From Candidatus Marinacidobacterales bacterium (GTDB taxonomy: Bacteria; Acidobacteriota; Vicinamibacteria; Marinacidobacterales; SMYC01): DNA of 64,000 nucleotides. The stretch spans positions 6,144,001 through 6,208,000 of the forward strand of contig OZ250169.1 in the NCBI GenBank assembly GCA_965237955.1, given 5' to 3'. Under the pieces are notes generated by a model that saw nothing but the letters and a program-made list of their open reading frames with translations, was not told the origin of the DNA and searched no databases. Positions 9,809 to 19,708 of this stretch are shown piece after piece; position 1 is the first letter of the stretch; every line of letters begins with the position of its first letter. The position numbers were made by a program, and so were the translations under genes.

Positions 9809-9857
9809 GAATTAGACCGTGGCCGGCACCACCTTGACAGCCGATTGAGGAGGATTT

Positions 9858-10358
9858 GTGGGATTGTTTAGTGGAAAGCCCGAGAACGAGCCGAGCCAGG
9901 CTGCGCCCAGCTCCTCGAAAGAGCGTGCTCCCACCCCGATCAAGCGTTCGACGACGGAAATACCGACGGTGATCGGCAAGGACGCCGTCGTCAAAGGTGA
10001 GCTGACGAGTCAGAACGACATGCTCATCGAGGGTCGCGTCGAAGGCAAGATCCGTGGAGCCCACCGGGTCGTCATCGGCGAGAGCGGAAACGTGCACGCG
10101 CAGGTGCACGCGCGCATCGTGTCCGTACACGGAGAAGTTCACGGCGACTGTGAGGCCTCGAAAAAAGTAGAGATCACGGCGACCGGAAAAGTCTTCGGCA
10201 ACATCTCTGCAGAAGCGATCGTCGTTGCCGAAGGCGCGACGTTCCGGGGCTCCAGCAGAATGACGAAACCCTCGCAGCCAAAGCCGGTCGAAGCCAAGGC
10301 AACGACCAAACCACCGCGGTCGACCGACCGGCCTCCCCCGACGCCTAGCGTCAGCTGA
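9858..10358 (+). CDS. Bactofilin (polymer-forming cytoskeletal protein, CcmA family)
   Basis: TVIGKDAVVKGEL..DMLIEGRVEGKI...VHGEVHGD...VFGNI...GATFRG beta-helix flanked by disordered tails. Confidence 0.92.
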   Translation: MGLFSGKPENEPSQAAPSSSKERAPTPIKRSTTEIPTVIGKDAVVKGELTSQNDMLIEGRVEGKIRGAHRVVIGESGNVHAQVHARIVSVHGEVHGDCEASKKVEITATGKVFGNISAEAIVVAEGATFRGSSRMTKPSQPKPVEAKATTKPPRSTDRPPPTPSVS

Positions 10359-10412
10359 CGCGCAAGCGGGTACCGTCAACCAGACGCAACGAGTTTGTCA
10401 GGAAGCGAAACG

Positions 10413-11525
10413 ATGAAGATTGGAACAGTCACCGAGATCCAAGACCACGAGTATCGCGTCGGCCTCGTTCCCGGCGGTGTCAAAGCGCTGACCGCTGCAG
10501 GACACGAAGTCGTCATCCAGAACAACGCCGGCGTCGGTAGCGGCATCAACAACGAAGAATACGAAGCGGCAGGCGCGACCATCCTCGACACCGCGGATGA
10601 GATCTTCGCCACCGCGGATATGGTCATCAAGGTCAAAGAGCCACTTGCCAGCGAAGTTGCCAAGCTGCGCGAAGACCAGATCCTGTTTACGTATCTTCAT
10701 CTTGCTCCGCTTCAAGAGCTCACCCAAAGGCTGCTCGATCGCGGTGTCGCCGGTGTCGCCTTCGAAACGATCACGGCGCCGGATCGTTCGCTTCCCCTGC
10801 TCACACCAATGAGCGAGGTCGCGGGGCGCATGGCCATTCAAGAAGGCGCGCACTATCTCGAAAAGGCCGAGGGAGGACTGGGTACGCTCCTCGGCGGCGT
10901 TCCCGGCGTTCCGCGCGGCAGGATTTCGATCATTGGCGGCGGTGTCGTCGGTTTAAACGCATGCAAGATGGCGGTGGGCCTAGGGGCGCAGGTGACGATT
11001 CTCGAGAAAAGCCACGCGCGCATGCAATACCTCGACGACATTTTCGAAGGCAGGATCACGACGCTGATGTCGAACCCATTGGCGATCCACGAAACCGTCA
11101 AAGAAGCCGACCTCGTCATCGGCGCGGTTCTGATCCCGGGCGCTGCAGCACCGCGCATCGTGACGCGACAGATGGTCAGCGACATGAAAAACGGCGCGGT
11201 CATCATCGACGTGGCCGTCGACCAAGGAGGCTGCATCGAGACGACACGACCGACGACGCACAGTGATCCGACCTTCGTCGTCGACGGAGTCGTGCATTAC
11301 TGTGTCGCGAACATGCCCGGCGCCGTTCCACGAACGTCGACGTTCGCGCTCACCAACGTCACGCTCCCCTATGCCCTCGACATCGCGGACAACGGACTCA
11401 AAGACGCGGCTCTATCCAACCCAGGTCTGAAGGCCGGAGTGAATACATACAAGGGTAAAGTCACGTGTGAGCCTGTGGCGAAATCTCAAAATCGCGAGTT
11501 CACACCCGTCGAAGAGCTACTCTGA
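10413..11525 (+). CDS. ald: Alanine dehydrogenase
   Basis: [60 protein letters not shown]. Confidence 0.97.
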   Translation: MKIGTVTEIQDHEYRVGLVPGGVKALTAAGHEVVIQNNAGVGSGINNEEYEAAGATILDTADEIFATADMVIKVKEPLASEVAKLREDQILFTYLHLAPLQELTQRLLDRGVAGVAFETITAPDRSLPLLTPMSEVAGRMAIQEGAHYLEKAEGGLGTLLGGVPGVPRGRISIIGGGVVGLNACKMAVGLGAQVTILEKSHARMQYLDDIFEGRITTLMSNPLAIHETVKEADLVIGAVLIPGAAAPRIVTRQMVSDMKNGAVIIDVAVDQGGCIETTRPTTHSDPTFVVDGVVHYCVANMPGAVPRTSTFALTNVTLPYALDIADNGLKDAALSNPGLKAGVNTYKGKVTCEPVAKSQNREFTPVEELL

Positions 11526-11527
11526 GA

Positions 11528-12349
11528 TTGCCGTTCCGACTCATTATTGACGGCGGGGCCGATGGCGCCTGGAACATGGCGGTCGACGAGGCCCTGCTCG
11601 GATCCGCGATGAAGCCGGGTGCAATCCCGACGCTGCGGCTCTATCACTTCCACCGTCCAACGGTCACATACGGCTACGGTCAAGACGTGGCGCAAGCGGT
11701 GAACCAAGCCGCTTGCCGCGACAAAAACGTTGAATGTGTCCGGCGTATCACCGGCGGACGGGCACTCCTGCACCAGCACGAGCTCACCTACAGCATCGCT
11801 GCGCCACCTTTCGCGCGCTCGGTGAGATCAGCGTATCAGTCCGTGACCGGTGCAGTGCGAAGCGCCCTCCAACGGCTCGGGGTACCCGTCGACCCGCCCG
11901 GGGCACCTAGTGAGGACGACACGGCGCGCGCACCGGATCATCTACCTTGTTTGGCCGTTCCCACGGGCCACGAGATCACGGCTGGGGGCAGGAAAGTCGT
12001 CGCGAGCGCCATGCGGTTCCGCCGCCGTGGGTTTCTGCTCCACGGCTCTATTCTTTGGTCCATCGACCGGCCGCTTTCGAAACAGGTGACCCGACTCGGC
12101 GATCAGGACGCGTTTCCGGCGGTGGGCATCCGGGAGCTCGATGCCCCCGCGTTCGGGGAGGCCGAGCTCGTCGAGGCTCTATCTTCTGCGTTCGAAGAAC
12201 TTCTGGGTGCGCCCGCAATGCCGGGCGCGCTGAGCCCGGAGGAGTCGGAGCGCGTATCAGCCCTCACGGAGAAATACCGGTCGGAGGGCTGGGCCAGGAG
12301 CCGGCACGCTGGATCCCGTTTGGTTGACAACTCGGAAGCCGTTTGGTAA
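11528..12349 (+). CDS. Lipoate-protein ligase family protein (LipM/LplA-like)
   Basis: NMAVDEALL, PTLRLY, VRRITGGRALLH..ELTYS, GRKVVASA, LLHGSI. Confidence 0.88.
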   Translation: MPFRLIIDGGADGAWNMAVDEALLGSAMKPGAIPTLRLYHFHRPTVTYGYGQDVAQAVNQAACRDKNVECVRRITGGRALLHQHELTYSIAAPPFARSVRSAYQSVTGAVRSALQRLGVPVDPPGAPSEDDTARAPDHLPCLAVPTGHEITAGGRKVVASAMRFRRRGFLLHGSILWSIDRPLSKQVTRLGDQDAFPAVGIRELDAPAFGEAELVEALSSAFEELLGAPAMPGALSPEESERVSALTEKYRSEGWARSRHAGSRLVDNSEAVW

Positions 12350-12352
12350 AAA
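12324..12352 (+). promoter_or_regulatory. Putative sigma70 promoter of the hrcA-grpE-dnaK operon
   Basis: TTGACA (12324-12329) - 17 nt - TAAAAA (12347-12352). Confidence 0.55.
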
Positions 12353-12356
12353 TCAT

Positions 12357-12381
12357 TTAGCGCGATATTACTTGTCGCTAA
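12357..12381 (+). promoter_or_regulatory. Degenerate CIRCE-like inverted repeat (candidate HrcA operator)
   Basis: TTAGCG-N13-CGCTAA just downstream of the promoter; shares the outer TTAGC/GCTAA of CIRCE but is 25 rather than 27 nt. Confidence 0.45.
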
Positions 12382-12410
12382 CCTCCGTGACACACAAAGG
12401 ACAATGGACG

Positions 12411-13478
12411 ATGGATGCCTCCGCACTCGATGGCCGTAGCCGCGAGATCCTGCGTCAGGCCGTCCATATCTTCATTACCACTGGCGAGCCGGTCGGATCG
12501 AGAACACTCTCGAAAGTCAACGAGCGCGGGTTCTCGGCCGCAACGATCCGAAACGTCATGTCCGACCTCGAAGAGGCTGGTTTCCTCTACCAGCCGTACA
12601 CGTCAGCGGGTCGGGTCCCGACGGATCGCGGCTACCGGTTCTATGTGAGCACGTTGATGGAAGACTCGGTGTTGCAGCCGCCCGATTGGCAATGGATTCA
12701 CGATCAGATGTTGCCGAACGAAGCTGGTCTCGGCGGGCCCAGCGGTCTCGTTCAACGAACGACGCGCCTTTTGGCGACGATGACCGGGATGGTAGGATTT
12801 GTTACCGGCCCAGACAGCCAACACAGTGTGTTGCGCCATGTCGATTTCGTTCGGATGGCACCGCGACGCTTGCTCGTGGTGCTCGTCACTCAAGCCGGTC
12901 ACGTGACGAACCGCATCGTGGAGATCTCAGAAGAGCTCAGAGGCGAAGACCTCCTCCAATGTGCACGATATCTCGAAGAGCAATTTCGCGGGTACACCCT
13001 GTCCGAAGCACGGGAGATGCTGATGACGCGTCTCCAGGAGCTCGAAGCTGTCGTCAATGACCTGGTGCGCAATGCGCTCACCATCGCCGATGCCGCCTTC
13101 TCGGAGGAGCTGACTTCGGAAGTTCACGTCGAAGGAACTTCGAGCGTTTTGAGCGAGCCCGAGTTCGTGAAGAACATCGAACGTGCGCAGCAGCTCCTCG
13201 CGACACTCGAACAGCGACACAGATTGGTCGGGATTCTCAACGCCTGCCTCGAAGGACCCGAAGTGCGGATCGTTATCGGTTCGGAAGCGCAGGTGCCGGA
13301 TCTCGAAGGCATCTCTCTGATCGGCGCCCGATACAGCAACGGCAGCCGAGACCTGGGGTCGATTGGCATCATGGGCCCCACGCGCATGGAGTATGCCCGA
13401 CATATTTCCGTAGTTGACTACATAGCGAGCTCTTTGTCGGCCGCGATTGCACAGGTTGGGCAAGAGCAAACAAATTAA
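12411..13478 (+). CDS. hrcA: Heat-inducible transcription repressor HrcA
   Basis: GEPVGSRTL, SAATIRNVMSDLEE.G.L.QPYTSAGRVPTDRGYRFYV, GIMGPTRMEY. Confidence 0.96.
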   Translation: MDASALDGRSREILRQAVHIFITTGEPVGSRTLSKVNERGFSAATIRNVMSDLEEAGFLYQPYTSAGRVPTDRGYRFYVSTLMEDSVLQPPDWQWIHDQMLPNEAGLGGPSGLVQRTTRLLATMTGMVGFVTGPDSQHSVLRHVDFVRMAPRRLLVVLVTQAGHVTNRIVEISEELRGEDLLQCARYLEEQFRGYTLSEAREMLMTRLQELEAVVNDLVRNALTIADAAFSEELTSEVHVEGTSSVLSEPEFVKNIERAQQLLATLEQRHRLVGILNACLEGPEVRIVIGSEAQVPDLEGISLIGARYSNGSRDLGSIGIMGPTRMEYARHISVVDYIASSLSAAIAQVGQEQTN

Positions 13479-13568
13479 TTCAATCGAAGCACGCAACCGC
13501 GATCGATCTCCGCATCGATCACCGAAGGGAACGGACGCGGGTGCGTTCGTTTTGATACGTGAGTACTA

Positions 13569-14300
13569 ATGTCGAGAAAAAGACGCCACAAAAAACGCCG
13601 TACTGATGAAGCCGAAGCCGAAGTCGGAGTCGAGACCGAGACGGTCAAAGTCGCGGCACCAGTGGTAGAACCGATTGAAGATGATATCGAACGCGAACAC
13701 GAAGCGAGCTCCGACGCCTCTTCCGATCCACCGGAGGAGGCGGAGGAGCCCGGGCCCGAAGACGCCAGAGGCCGGGACGACGAAGAGCTCGAACGCCTCG
13801 CGGCCGAAGCCCGGGAAATGCGTTCGCTGGCGCAGCGCAAGCAGGCCGAGTTCGAAAACTACCGAAGACGTATCGAGCGCGAGCGCGCCGAAACCGTCAA
13901 ATACGCCGCGGCGGACGTCATAAAGGAGATACTACCGGTGCTGGACAATCTCGAGCGTGCCATGGAAGCAGCAAAGTCCGCTCCGACCGAGGGCGAAGGC
14001 CAGCTTCGCGAAGGCGTCGAGATCATCTGCAAGCAGTTTCGAGACACTCTGGACAAGCTGGGGCTGACCGAAGTGGACGCACAAGAGGCGCCTTTCGACC
14101 CGCACGTCCACGAGGCGGTGGCCCGCGTGGAAACGGACGAACATCCTGAAGGAACGGTGGTGAGAGTCCTCCAGAAGGGTTACTTCTTCAAGGACCGGCT
14201 GCTGAGGCCCTCGATGGTAAGCGTGTCACTACCCACCGGTGGCGGGTCATCGCAGCAAGACCACGAAAGCGAAGACGAAGCCGTTCGGCAGGGAGAGTGA
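13569..14300 (+). CDS. grpE: Nucleotide exchange factor GrpE
   Basis: AEFENYRRR, LPVLDNLERA, FDPHVHEAV, QKGY..KDRLLRPSMV. Confidence 0.96.
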   Translation: MSRKRRHKKRRTDEAEAEVGVETETVKVAAPVVEPIEDDIEREHEASSDASSDPPEEAEEPGPEDARGRDDEELERLAAEAREMRSLAQRKQAEFENYRRRIERERAETVKYAAADVIKEILPVLDNLERAMEAAKSAPTEGEGQLREGVEIICKQFRDTLDKLGLTEVDAQEAPFDPHVHEAVARVETDEHPEGTVVRVLQKGYFFKDRLLRPSMVSVSLPTGGGSSQQDHESEDEAVRQGE

Positions 14301-14338
14301 CACTAAGAAATGCCAAATGACGAGCAAGGAGCCATACA

Positions 14339-16138
14339 TTGAGTAAGGTCGTCGGTATCGATCTCGGAACCACGAACTCGTGCATCGTGGTGATGGAAGG
14401 TGGCACACCGCAGGTGATCCCGAACCAGGAAGGGGCGCGCACGACCCCGTCCATCGTGGCTTTCACCAACAAAGGCGAAAGGCTCGTCGGACAAATCGCC
14501 AAGCGCCAAGCGTTGACCAACCCCCAGAACACGGTGTACAGCGTCAAGCGTTTGATCGGGCGCCGCTTCAACTCGCCGCAGATCCAGTCCGCGGCCAAAG
14601 TACTCCCTTACGAGATCATCGAAGCGACGAACGGCGACGCTCACATTCAGATCGACGACAAGGTCTACAGCCCGCCCGAGATCGCTGCCGTCGTCCTGCA
14701 AAAGCTGAAGGCGGCCGCCGAGGACTATTTAGGCGAGCCCGTGGAAGAGGCGATCATCACCGTTCCGGCGTACTTCAACGACTCCCAGCGCCAAGCGACC
14801 AAGGACGCCGGACAAATCGCCGGCCTCGATGTACAGCGCATCTTGAACGAGCCCACGGCGGCTTCCCTCGCCTACGGGATGACGCACAACGCGTCCGGCA
14901 AAGTCGCGGTCTACGACCTCGGCGGCGGCACGTTCGATATCTCGATCCTCGAGCTGAGCGACGGCATCTATCAGGTGCTCGCCACCGGCGGTGACACCTA
15001 CCTCGGCGGTGAAGACTTCGACCAGCTGATCATCAACTGGCTCGTGGAAGAGTTCCAGAAAGATCACGGAATCGACCTCACCGGCGACCGCATGGCGCTC
15101 CAACGGCTCAAAGAGGCCGCGGAGAAAGCGAAGTGCGAGCTCTCCACTCAGGCCCAGGCCGAGGTCGTCCTGCCGTTCATCTCAGCGAACCAGAGCGGAC
15201 CCAAGCACCTCAACACCGTGCTCACCAAGACGAAGTTCGAGCAGATGATCGAGCCTCTGCTCGAGAGAACGCGCAAGCCGTGTGAAGACGCGCTCAAACA
15301 GGCCGGCATCTCCGCATCCGATCTCGACGACGTCATCCCTGTCGGCGGTCAGACACGAACGCCGAAGGTTTTCGAGGCGATCCAGCAGATCTTCGGCAGG
15401 GAGCCGAACCGCAGCGTCAACCCGGACGAAGTGGTCTCGATCGGCGCCGCGATTCAAACCGGTATCATGCAGGGCGAGGTTACCGACCTCGTGCTGCTCG
15501 ACGTCACCCCGCACACGCTCGGTATCGAGACCAAGGATGGAACGTTCACGCCGCTCATCGACAGGAATGCCAACATCCCGACGAAGAAGAGCCGAATATT
15601 CACCACCGTCACCGACAACCAGACCAAAGTGGAAGTGCACGTTCTCCAGGGTGAAGGCACGATGGCGCACGAGAACACGTCACTGGGTCGCTTCATGCTG
15701 ACCGACGTCGCGCCGGCACCGAAGGGCGTCCCTCAAGTCGAAGTCATCTTCGAGATCGACGTGAACGGCATCGTCCAAGTGACCGCGTTGGATCAGGCGA
15801 CTGGACGTCAGCAGAACATCACCGTGCGCGCGGCCAGCGGGCTCACCCAGTCCGAAGTCGAAAAGGCGAAAACCGAGTCCGACCAACAAGCCCAGCTCGA
15901 AGCGGGACTCAAAGAGCGCGACCGTATCGTCGGCCAGCTCCAGGGCCTCAACCAGAGCACGCGCAAGACCTTCGAGCTTCTGTCAGCGAAGCTCACCGAT
16001 CAGGAGCGTGACTCCGCCACGGAGGCGCTCACCCACGCTGAGAAAGCCAAGGAAGGCTCGATCGAAGATCTTCAATCTGCGCTCGCGCAGCTCGAGACGA
16101 CGGCCGAAGCTCTCGGCCAGGCTATGCTCCGCGGCTAA
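14339..16138 (+). CDS. dnaK: Molecular chaperone DnaK
   Basis: [44 protein letters not shown]; TTG start with AAGGAG RBS. Confidence 0.97.
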   Translation: MSKVVGIDLGTTNSCIVVMEGGTPQVIPNQEGARTTPSIVAFTNKGERLVGQIAKRQALTNPQNTVYSVKRLIGRRFNSPQIQSAAKVLPYEIIEATNGDAHIQIDDKVYSPPEIAAVVLQKLKAAAEDYLGEPVEEAIITVPAYFNDSQRQATKDAGQIAGLDVQRILNEPTAASLAYGMTHNASGKVAVYDLGGGTFDISILELSDGIYQVLATGGDTYLGGEDFDQLIINWLVEEFQKDHGIDLTGDRMALQRLKEAAEKAKCELSTQAQAEVVLPFISANQSGPKHLNTVLTKTKFEQMIEPLLERTRKPCEDALKQAGISASDLDDVIPVGGQTRTPKVFEAIQQIFGREPNRSVNPDEVVSIGAAIQTGIMQGEVTDLVLLDVTPHTLGIETKDGTFTPLIDRNANIPTKKSRIFTTVTDNQTKVEVHVLQGEGTMAHENTSLGRFMLTDVAPAPKGVPQVEVIFEIDVNGIVQVTALDQATGRQQNITVRAASGLTQSEVEKAKTESDQQAQLEAGLKERDRIVGQLQGLNQSTRKTFELLSAKLTDQERDSATEALTHAEKAKEGSIEDLQSALAQLETTAEALGQAMLRG

Positions 16139-16210
16139 GAAAACCCGCGTTCCACCCGCGGTCCGGGGCGTAAGTATTTATAATGAATCGAATCGCCCGG
16201 GAGACTCGTA

Positions 16211-17338
16211 TTGACTAGTACTGCAAAACGCGATTACTACGAAGTGCTCGGCATCGACCGCCAGGCGAGCCAGCAAGAGGTGAAGAAGGCTTACCGCCGT
16301 CTCGCCGTCCAATACCACCCCGACAAGAATCCTGGCGACCCCGCAGCCGAAGACTCCTTCAAGGAAGCGGCCGAAGCCTACAGCATTCTCGGCGACGAGG
16401 ACAAACGTGCCGTCTACAATCGCTACGGGCACGAAGGGCTGCGCGGCGGACCGCAAGTCAACTCCGACATCTTTCGCGAGTTCAGCGACATTTTCGGTGG
16501 CGGCAGCATCTTCGAAGATCTGTTCGGTGATTTTTTCGGAGGCGGCCAAAGACGCCCGCAACGCGGAGCAGATCTTCGCTACGATCTCGAGATCACGTTC
16601 GAAGAAGCCGTCAGAGGCACCGAGACGCGCATTCTCGTCCCGCGCAACGAGCTGTGCGATACCTGTCAGGGCTCGGGCACCAAGCCGGGAACCCGGAAAC
16701 AACAGTGCGCAACGTGCGGCGGCCACGGGCAGGTCCGCTACCAGCAAGGCTTTCTCGTCGTCGCCCGGCCGTGCCCCGATTGCCGGGGAGCCGGTCAGTT
16801 CATTCCCAACCCTTGCGCCGAGTGCTCCGGCACAGGCCATGTCGTCCGAGAGCGCCAGCTAACCCTCAAGATCCCGGCCGGCGTCGATACCGGCTCGCGG
16901 ATTCGATCAATAGGCCACGGCGAAGCGGCTCCACGCGGTGGACATCCCGGTGATCTCTACGTCGTTCTCACCGTGAAGCCGCACAAGATCTTCCGCCGGG
17001 ACGGCGAAGATATTCTTCTCGAGCTTCCGCTCACGTACTCTCAGGCTGCGCTCGGCGCGGATGTCGACGTACCCACCATCCACGGCTCGGAACCTATAGC
17101 CATCCCCGCCGGCACACAAACCGGAACGAGGATCCGCATCCGCAACAAGGGCGTTCCGCGGCTCAACGGAGGGGGTAAGGGCGATCAAATCGTCTTCGTC
17201 ACCGTCGTGACGCCGCAAAAGCTCACAAAAGAACAGCGAAGCCTGCTGGAAAAGCTGGGAGACATCACTCCACCGCCGAAGGTCGGCGAGCGCGCCACCG
17301 GGAAGGAAAAAAGCTTCTTCGAGAAGCTCTTTGGCTAG
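16211..17338 (+). CDS. dnaJ: Molecular chaperone DnaJ
   Basis: J-domain HPD, G/F region, four CxxCxGxG repeats. Confidence 0.97.
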   Translation: MTSTAKRDYYEVLGIDRQASQQEVKKAYRRLAVQYHPDKNPGDPAAEDSFKEAAEAYSILGDEDKRAVYNRYGHEGLRGGPQVNSDIFREFSDIFGGGSIFEDLFGDFFGGGQRRPQRGADLRYDLEITFEEAVRGTETRILVPRNELCDTCQGSGTKPGTRKQQCATCGGHGQVRYQQGFLVVARPCPDCRGAGQFIPNPCAECSGTGHVVRERQLTLKIPAGVDTGSRIRSIGHGEAAPRGGHPGDLYVVLTVKPHKIFRRDGEDILLELPLTYSQAALGADVDVPTIHGSEPIAIPAGTQTGTRIRIRNKGVPRLNGGGKGDQIVFVTVVTPQKLTKEQRSLLEKLGDITPPPKVGERATGKEKSFFEKLFG

Positions 17339-17771
17339 TTATCCTCTTCTAGAGCTGACGGGCTCCGCGGAAGAGCTCGAGATCGCGACCGCGTTTGTTC
17401 ACGAGCACGGCCGTCTAGGAACCGAAGAACCTGACGATGCGTCCTCACTGCGCGTTTACTTTACGGAGTCCGTAAACATCCACGCTATCGTCGACGAGCT
17501 CGGGCGGAACCTGCCTTCGCTAATCTGCCGCGTCGCCACTCCGGTTCGGAGTCGCGACTGGCTCGCCGAGTGGAAGGCCGAGCTCGAAGGTTTCTCCATA
17601 GGCTCGCGATACTTCGTGCTCCCGACGTGGAAACCGAACGTCGAGACGACGCGAACGGTGTTGCGCATCGATCCCGAGCAAGCGTTCGGCACCGGGCCCA
17701 CGAGACCACACTACTCTCGGTCGAGCTCGTCGAAAAGTACGTTTCCGCTGGATGCAGTGTGATCGACGTTA
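17331..17771 (+). pseudogene. prmA: Ribosomal protein L11 methyltransferase PrmA, 5' part (frameshift near 17698, then interrupted by the IS)
   Basis: DWLAEWK, IDPEQAFGTG|HETT (frame change), VIDV immediately before the IS; position dnaJ-prmA-rsmE. Confidence 0.88.
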
Positions 17772-17837
17772 TGTTTCGGTTCAGCTGGAACATGACAGTC
17801 CTGAAGTTAAAATACGCACATGGAAAAAGGAGCTGTC

Positions 17838-18170
17838 ATGAGCAAAGGTCGTCGTCGTCACACTGCGGAGCAAAAGGCAGAGCTGTTGCGCCAGCACGTT
17901 GCCGAGAAAAAGCCGGTCTCGGAGGTATGCAACGAGGCAGAAATCCAGCCGAGCCTGTTCTACACATGGCAAAGGGAGCTATTGGCTGGAGCCCATACGG
18001 TGTTTTCGTTCCGTCGTGCGCCGAGCCGTGAGAAGGAGCTAGAGGAGAAGCTCTCCCGTCTCAAGGCGAAGGTGGCCCGTAAGGATCAGATCATCGCTGA
18101 GGTGACCGAAGAGTACGTGACACTCAAAAAAAACTTGGGGAAGCCTGAGTGGTGCCTGGATTCCCCATGA
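17838..18170 (+). CDS. IS3-family transposase OrfA (HTH)
   Basis: RRHTAEQKAELL...VSEVC...IQPSLFYTW HTH plus coiled coil; A8 tract at 18126-18133. Confidence 0.88.
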   Translation: MSKGRRRHTAEQKAELLRQHVAEKKPVSEVCNEAEIQPSLFYTWQRELLAGAHTVFSFRRAPSREKELEEKLSRLKAKVARKDQIIAEVTEEYVTLKKNLGKPEWCLDSP

Positions 18171-19110
18171 CCGTCGTGACGAGGTTGTCGACTTCGTGAA
18201 CACAATCGCCACCAAGACCCAGCTTCCGGTCCAGCAGATCGTTCAGTGGTGCGGGATCGCTCGGGGCAAGTTCTACGACTGGCGCAAGCGGTACGGGAAG
18301 GTGAATGAGCACAACGGCCTGGTGCCGCGGGATCACTGGATCGAAGAATGGGAGCGCCAGTCCGTGATCGACTACTTCGACTGCCACCCACTGGACGGGT
18401 ATCGCCGACTCACGTTCATGATGCTGGACGAAGACGTGGTGGCAGTTAGCCCCTCGACGACGTACCGGGTGTTGTCGAAGGCGGGTCGTCTGGACCGTTG
18501 GAACCCGAAGCCGTCGAAGAAGGGAACGGGCTTCGTTCAGCCGCTGCGAGCGCACCAGCACTGGCACACGGATATCTCGTACTTGAACCTGGGTGGGACG
18601 TTCTACTACCTCTGCTCGTTTCTGGATGGTGCGAGCCGCGCGGTGGTTCACTGGGAGATTCGTGAGTCGATGACGGAAGCGGATGTGGAGTGCATCTTGG
18701 AGCGAGCAAAGGAGCGGTACCCCGATGCGCGGCCTCGAATCATCTCGGACAACGGTCCGCAGTACATCGCGAAGGACTTCAAGGCATTCATCCGCATCTC
18801 AGGGATGACGCACGTGAGGACCGCGCCGTACTACCCGCAATCGAACGGGAAGATTGAGCGTTGGCACAAGACGATAAAATCGGACGCCCTGCGTCCTGCC
18901 AGCCCCACGAGCCTCGAAGAGGCTCGCCGCTTGATGGGACGATTCGTCGAATATTACAACGGGGTTCGCCTGCACAGCGCGATCGGCTACATTGCGCCGC
19001 TGGACTTCATGGATGGCAAGGCCACCCAGATCTGGTCGGAGCGAGACCGCAAACTCGAGCAGGCTCGGAAGCTGCGGCGTGAGCGCCGTGCGAACAAGGT
19101 GCCCGCATGA
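18133..19110 (+). CDS. IS3-family transposase OrfB (rve/DDE integrase core)
   Basis: GYRRL, WHTDISY, IISDNGPQY, YPQSNGKIERWHKTIK, YN..RLHSAIGY; frame open from the A tract. Confidence 0.93.
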   Translation, partial: TWGSLSGAWIPHDRRDEVVDFVNTIATKTQLPVQQIVQWCGIARGKFYDWRKRYGKVNEHNGLVPRDHWIEEWERQSVIDYFDCHPLDGYRRLTFMMLDEDVVAVSPSTTYRVLSKAGRLDRWNPKPSKKGTGFVQPLRAHQHWHTDISYLNLGGTFYYLCSFLDGASRAVVHWEIRESMTEADVECILERAKERYPDARPRIISDNGPQYIAKDFKAFIRISGMTHVRTAPYYPQSNGKIERWHKTIKSDALRPASPTSLEEARRLMGRFVEYYNGVRLHSAIGYIAPLDFMDGKATQIWSERDRKLEQARKLRRERRANKVPA

Positions 19111-19335
19111 ACACTCTGATCCCAGGAGCCCCACTCCGTTCCCTCTCGCCCACAAGCATTGAGTACCAGAGAGCGCAGGGGGCGTCAAGGGCGGCGAAGC
19201 CGGCGCGCGCAGCGCGCTTTACCCTTGACGCCCCCGAGCACTCTGGTACGATCCCTGGGGCGATAGGGGACATCCTGCCGCCGGGCGTTGCGTTAACGTC
19301 CAACCTCGCTGTCATCTTCACGCTGAACCAATACA

Positions 19336-19708
19336 GTTACCGGCACCGGATTCTCTCGATGGTGGCCGCTCACGAAGGTGCACGCTCCGTTCTGGCTATC
19401 GACGTCGACCCGGAAGCAGTCGAGTGCGCTCGCGCCAACCTCGCGCGGAATGGCCTGTCCGCGGAGTCCGCGTCGAGTGCGCTAGCTGGAAAGAGTTAGA
19501 ATCCGTCGACGCCGACGTTGTGGTGGCCAATCTCAATACGATGATCCTGAAACGTGCCGTTCACTCGATGTTTGGAACGATTCTTCTTTCCGGAATCTTT
19601 GTCGAAGAAGTCGACGAGCTCGAGCTCCCGAACGATTCCGAAGTCGTGGAACAACGGCGTGCCGGCGAGTGGGCGGCACTGGTGATCAAGAGAGCACGAC
19701 ATGGGTAG
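19336..19708 (+). pseudogene. prmA: PrmA 3' part (further frameshifts)
   Basis: TGTG|ILSMVAA..GARSVLAIDVDPEAVECARANL, then DVVVANL and LLSGI in another frame. Confidence 0.85.

Larger units (their letters stand above)
17772..19335 (+). mobile_element. IS3-family insertion sequence (1564 bp) with 4-bp target duplication GTTA
   Basis: TG...CA ends; IRL TGTTTCGGTTCAGCTGGAACATGACAG vs IRR reverse complement TGTATTGGTTCAGCGTGAAGATGACAG (22/27); GTTA at 17768-17771 and 19336-19339; orfA/orfB organisation. Confidence 0.93.

Noticed and set aside
9733-9860. tRNA-Gly as an island integration site
   Set aside because: No integrase and no duplicated tRNA 3' end seen; flanking genes are housekeeping.
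9858-10358. Bactofilin (and ftsB at 43274) as part of the volactin-like module
   Set aside because: Not in the same transcription unit; only co-presence in the window.
13561-13569. GAGTACTAA half-CIRCE before grpE
   Set aside because: No matching left arm at the 9-nt spacing.
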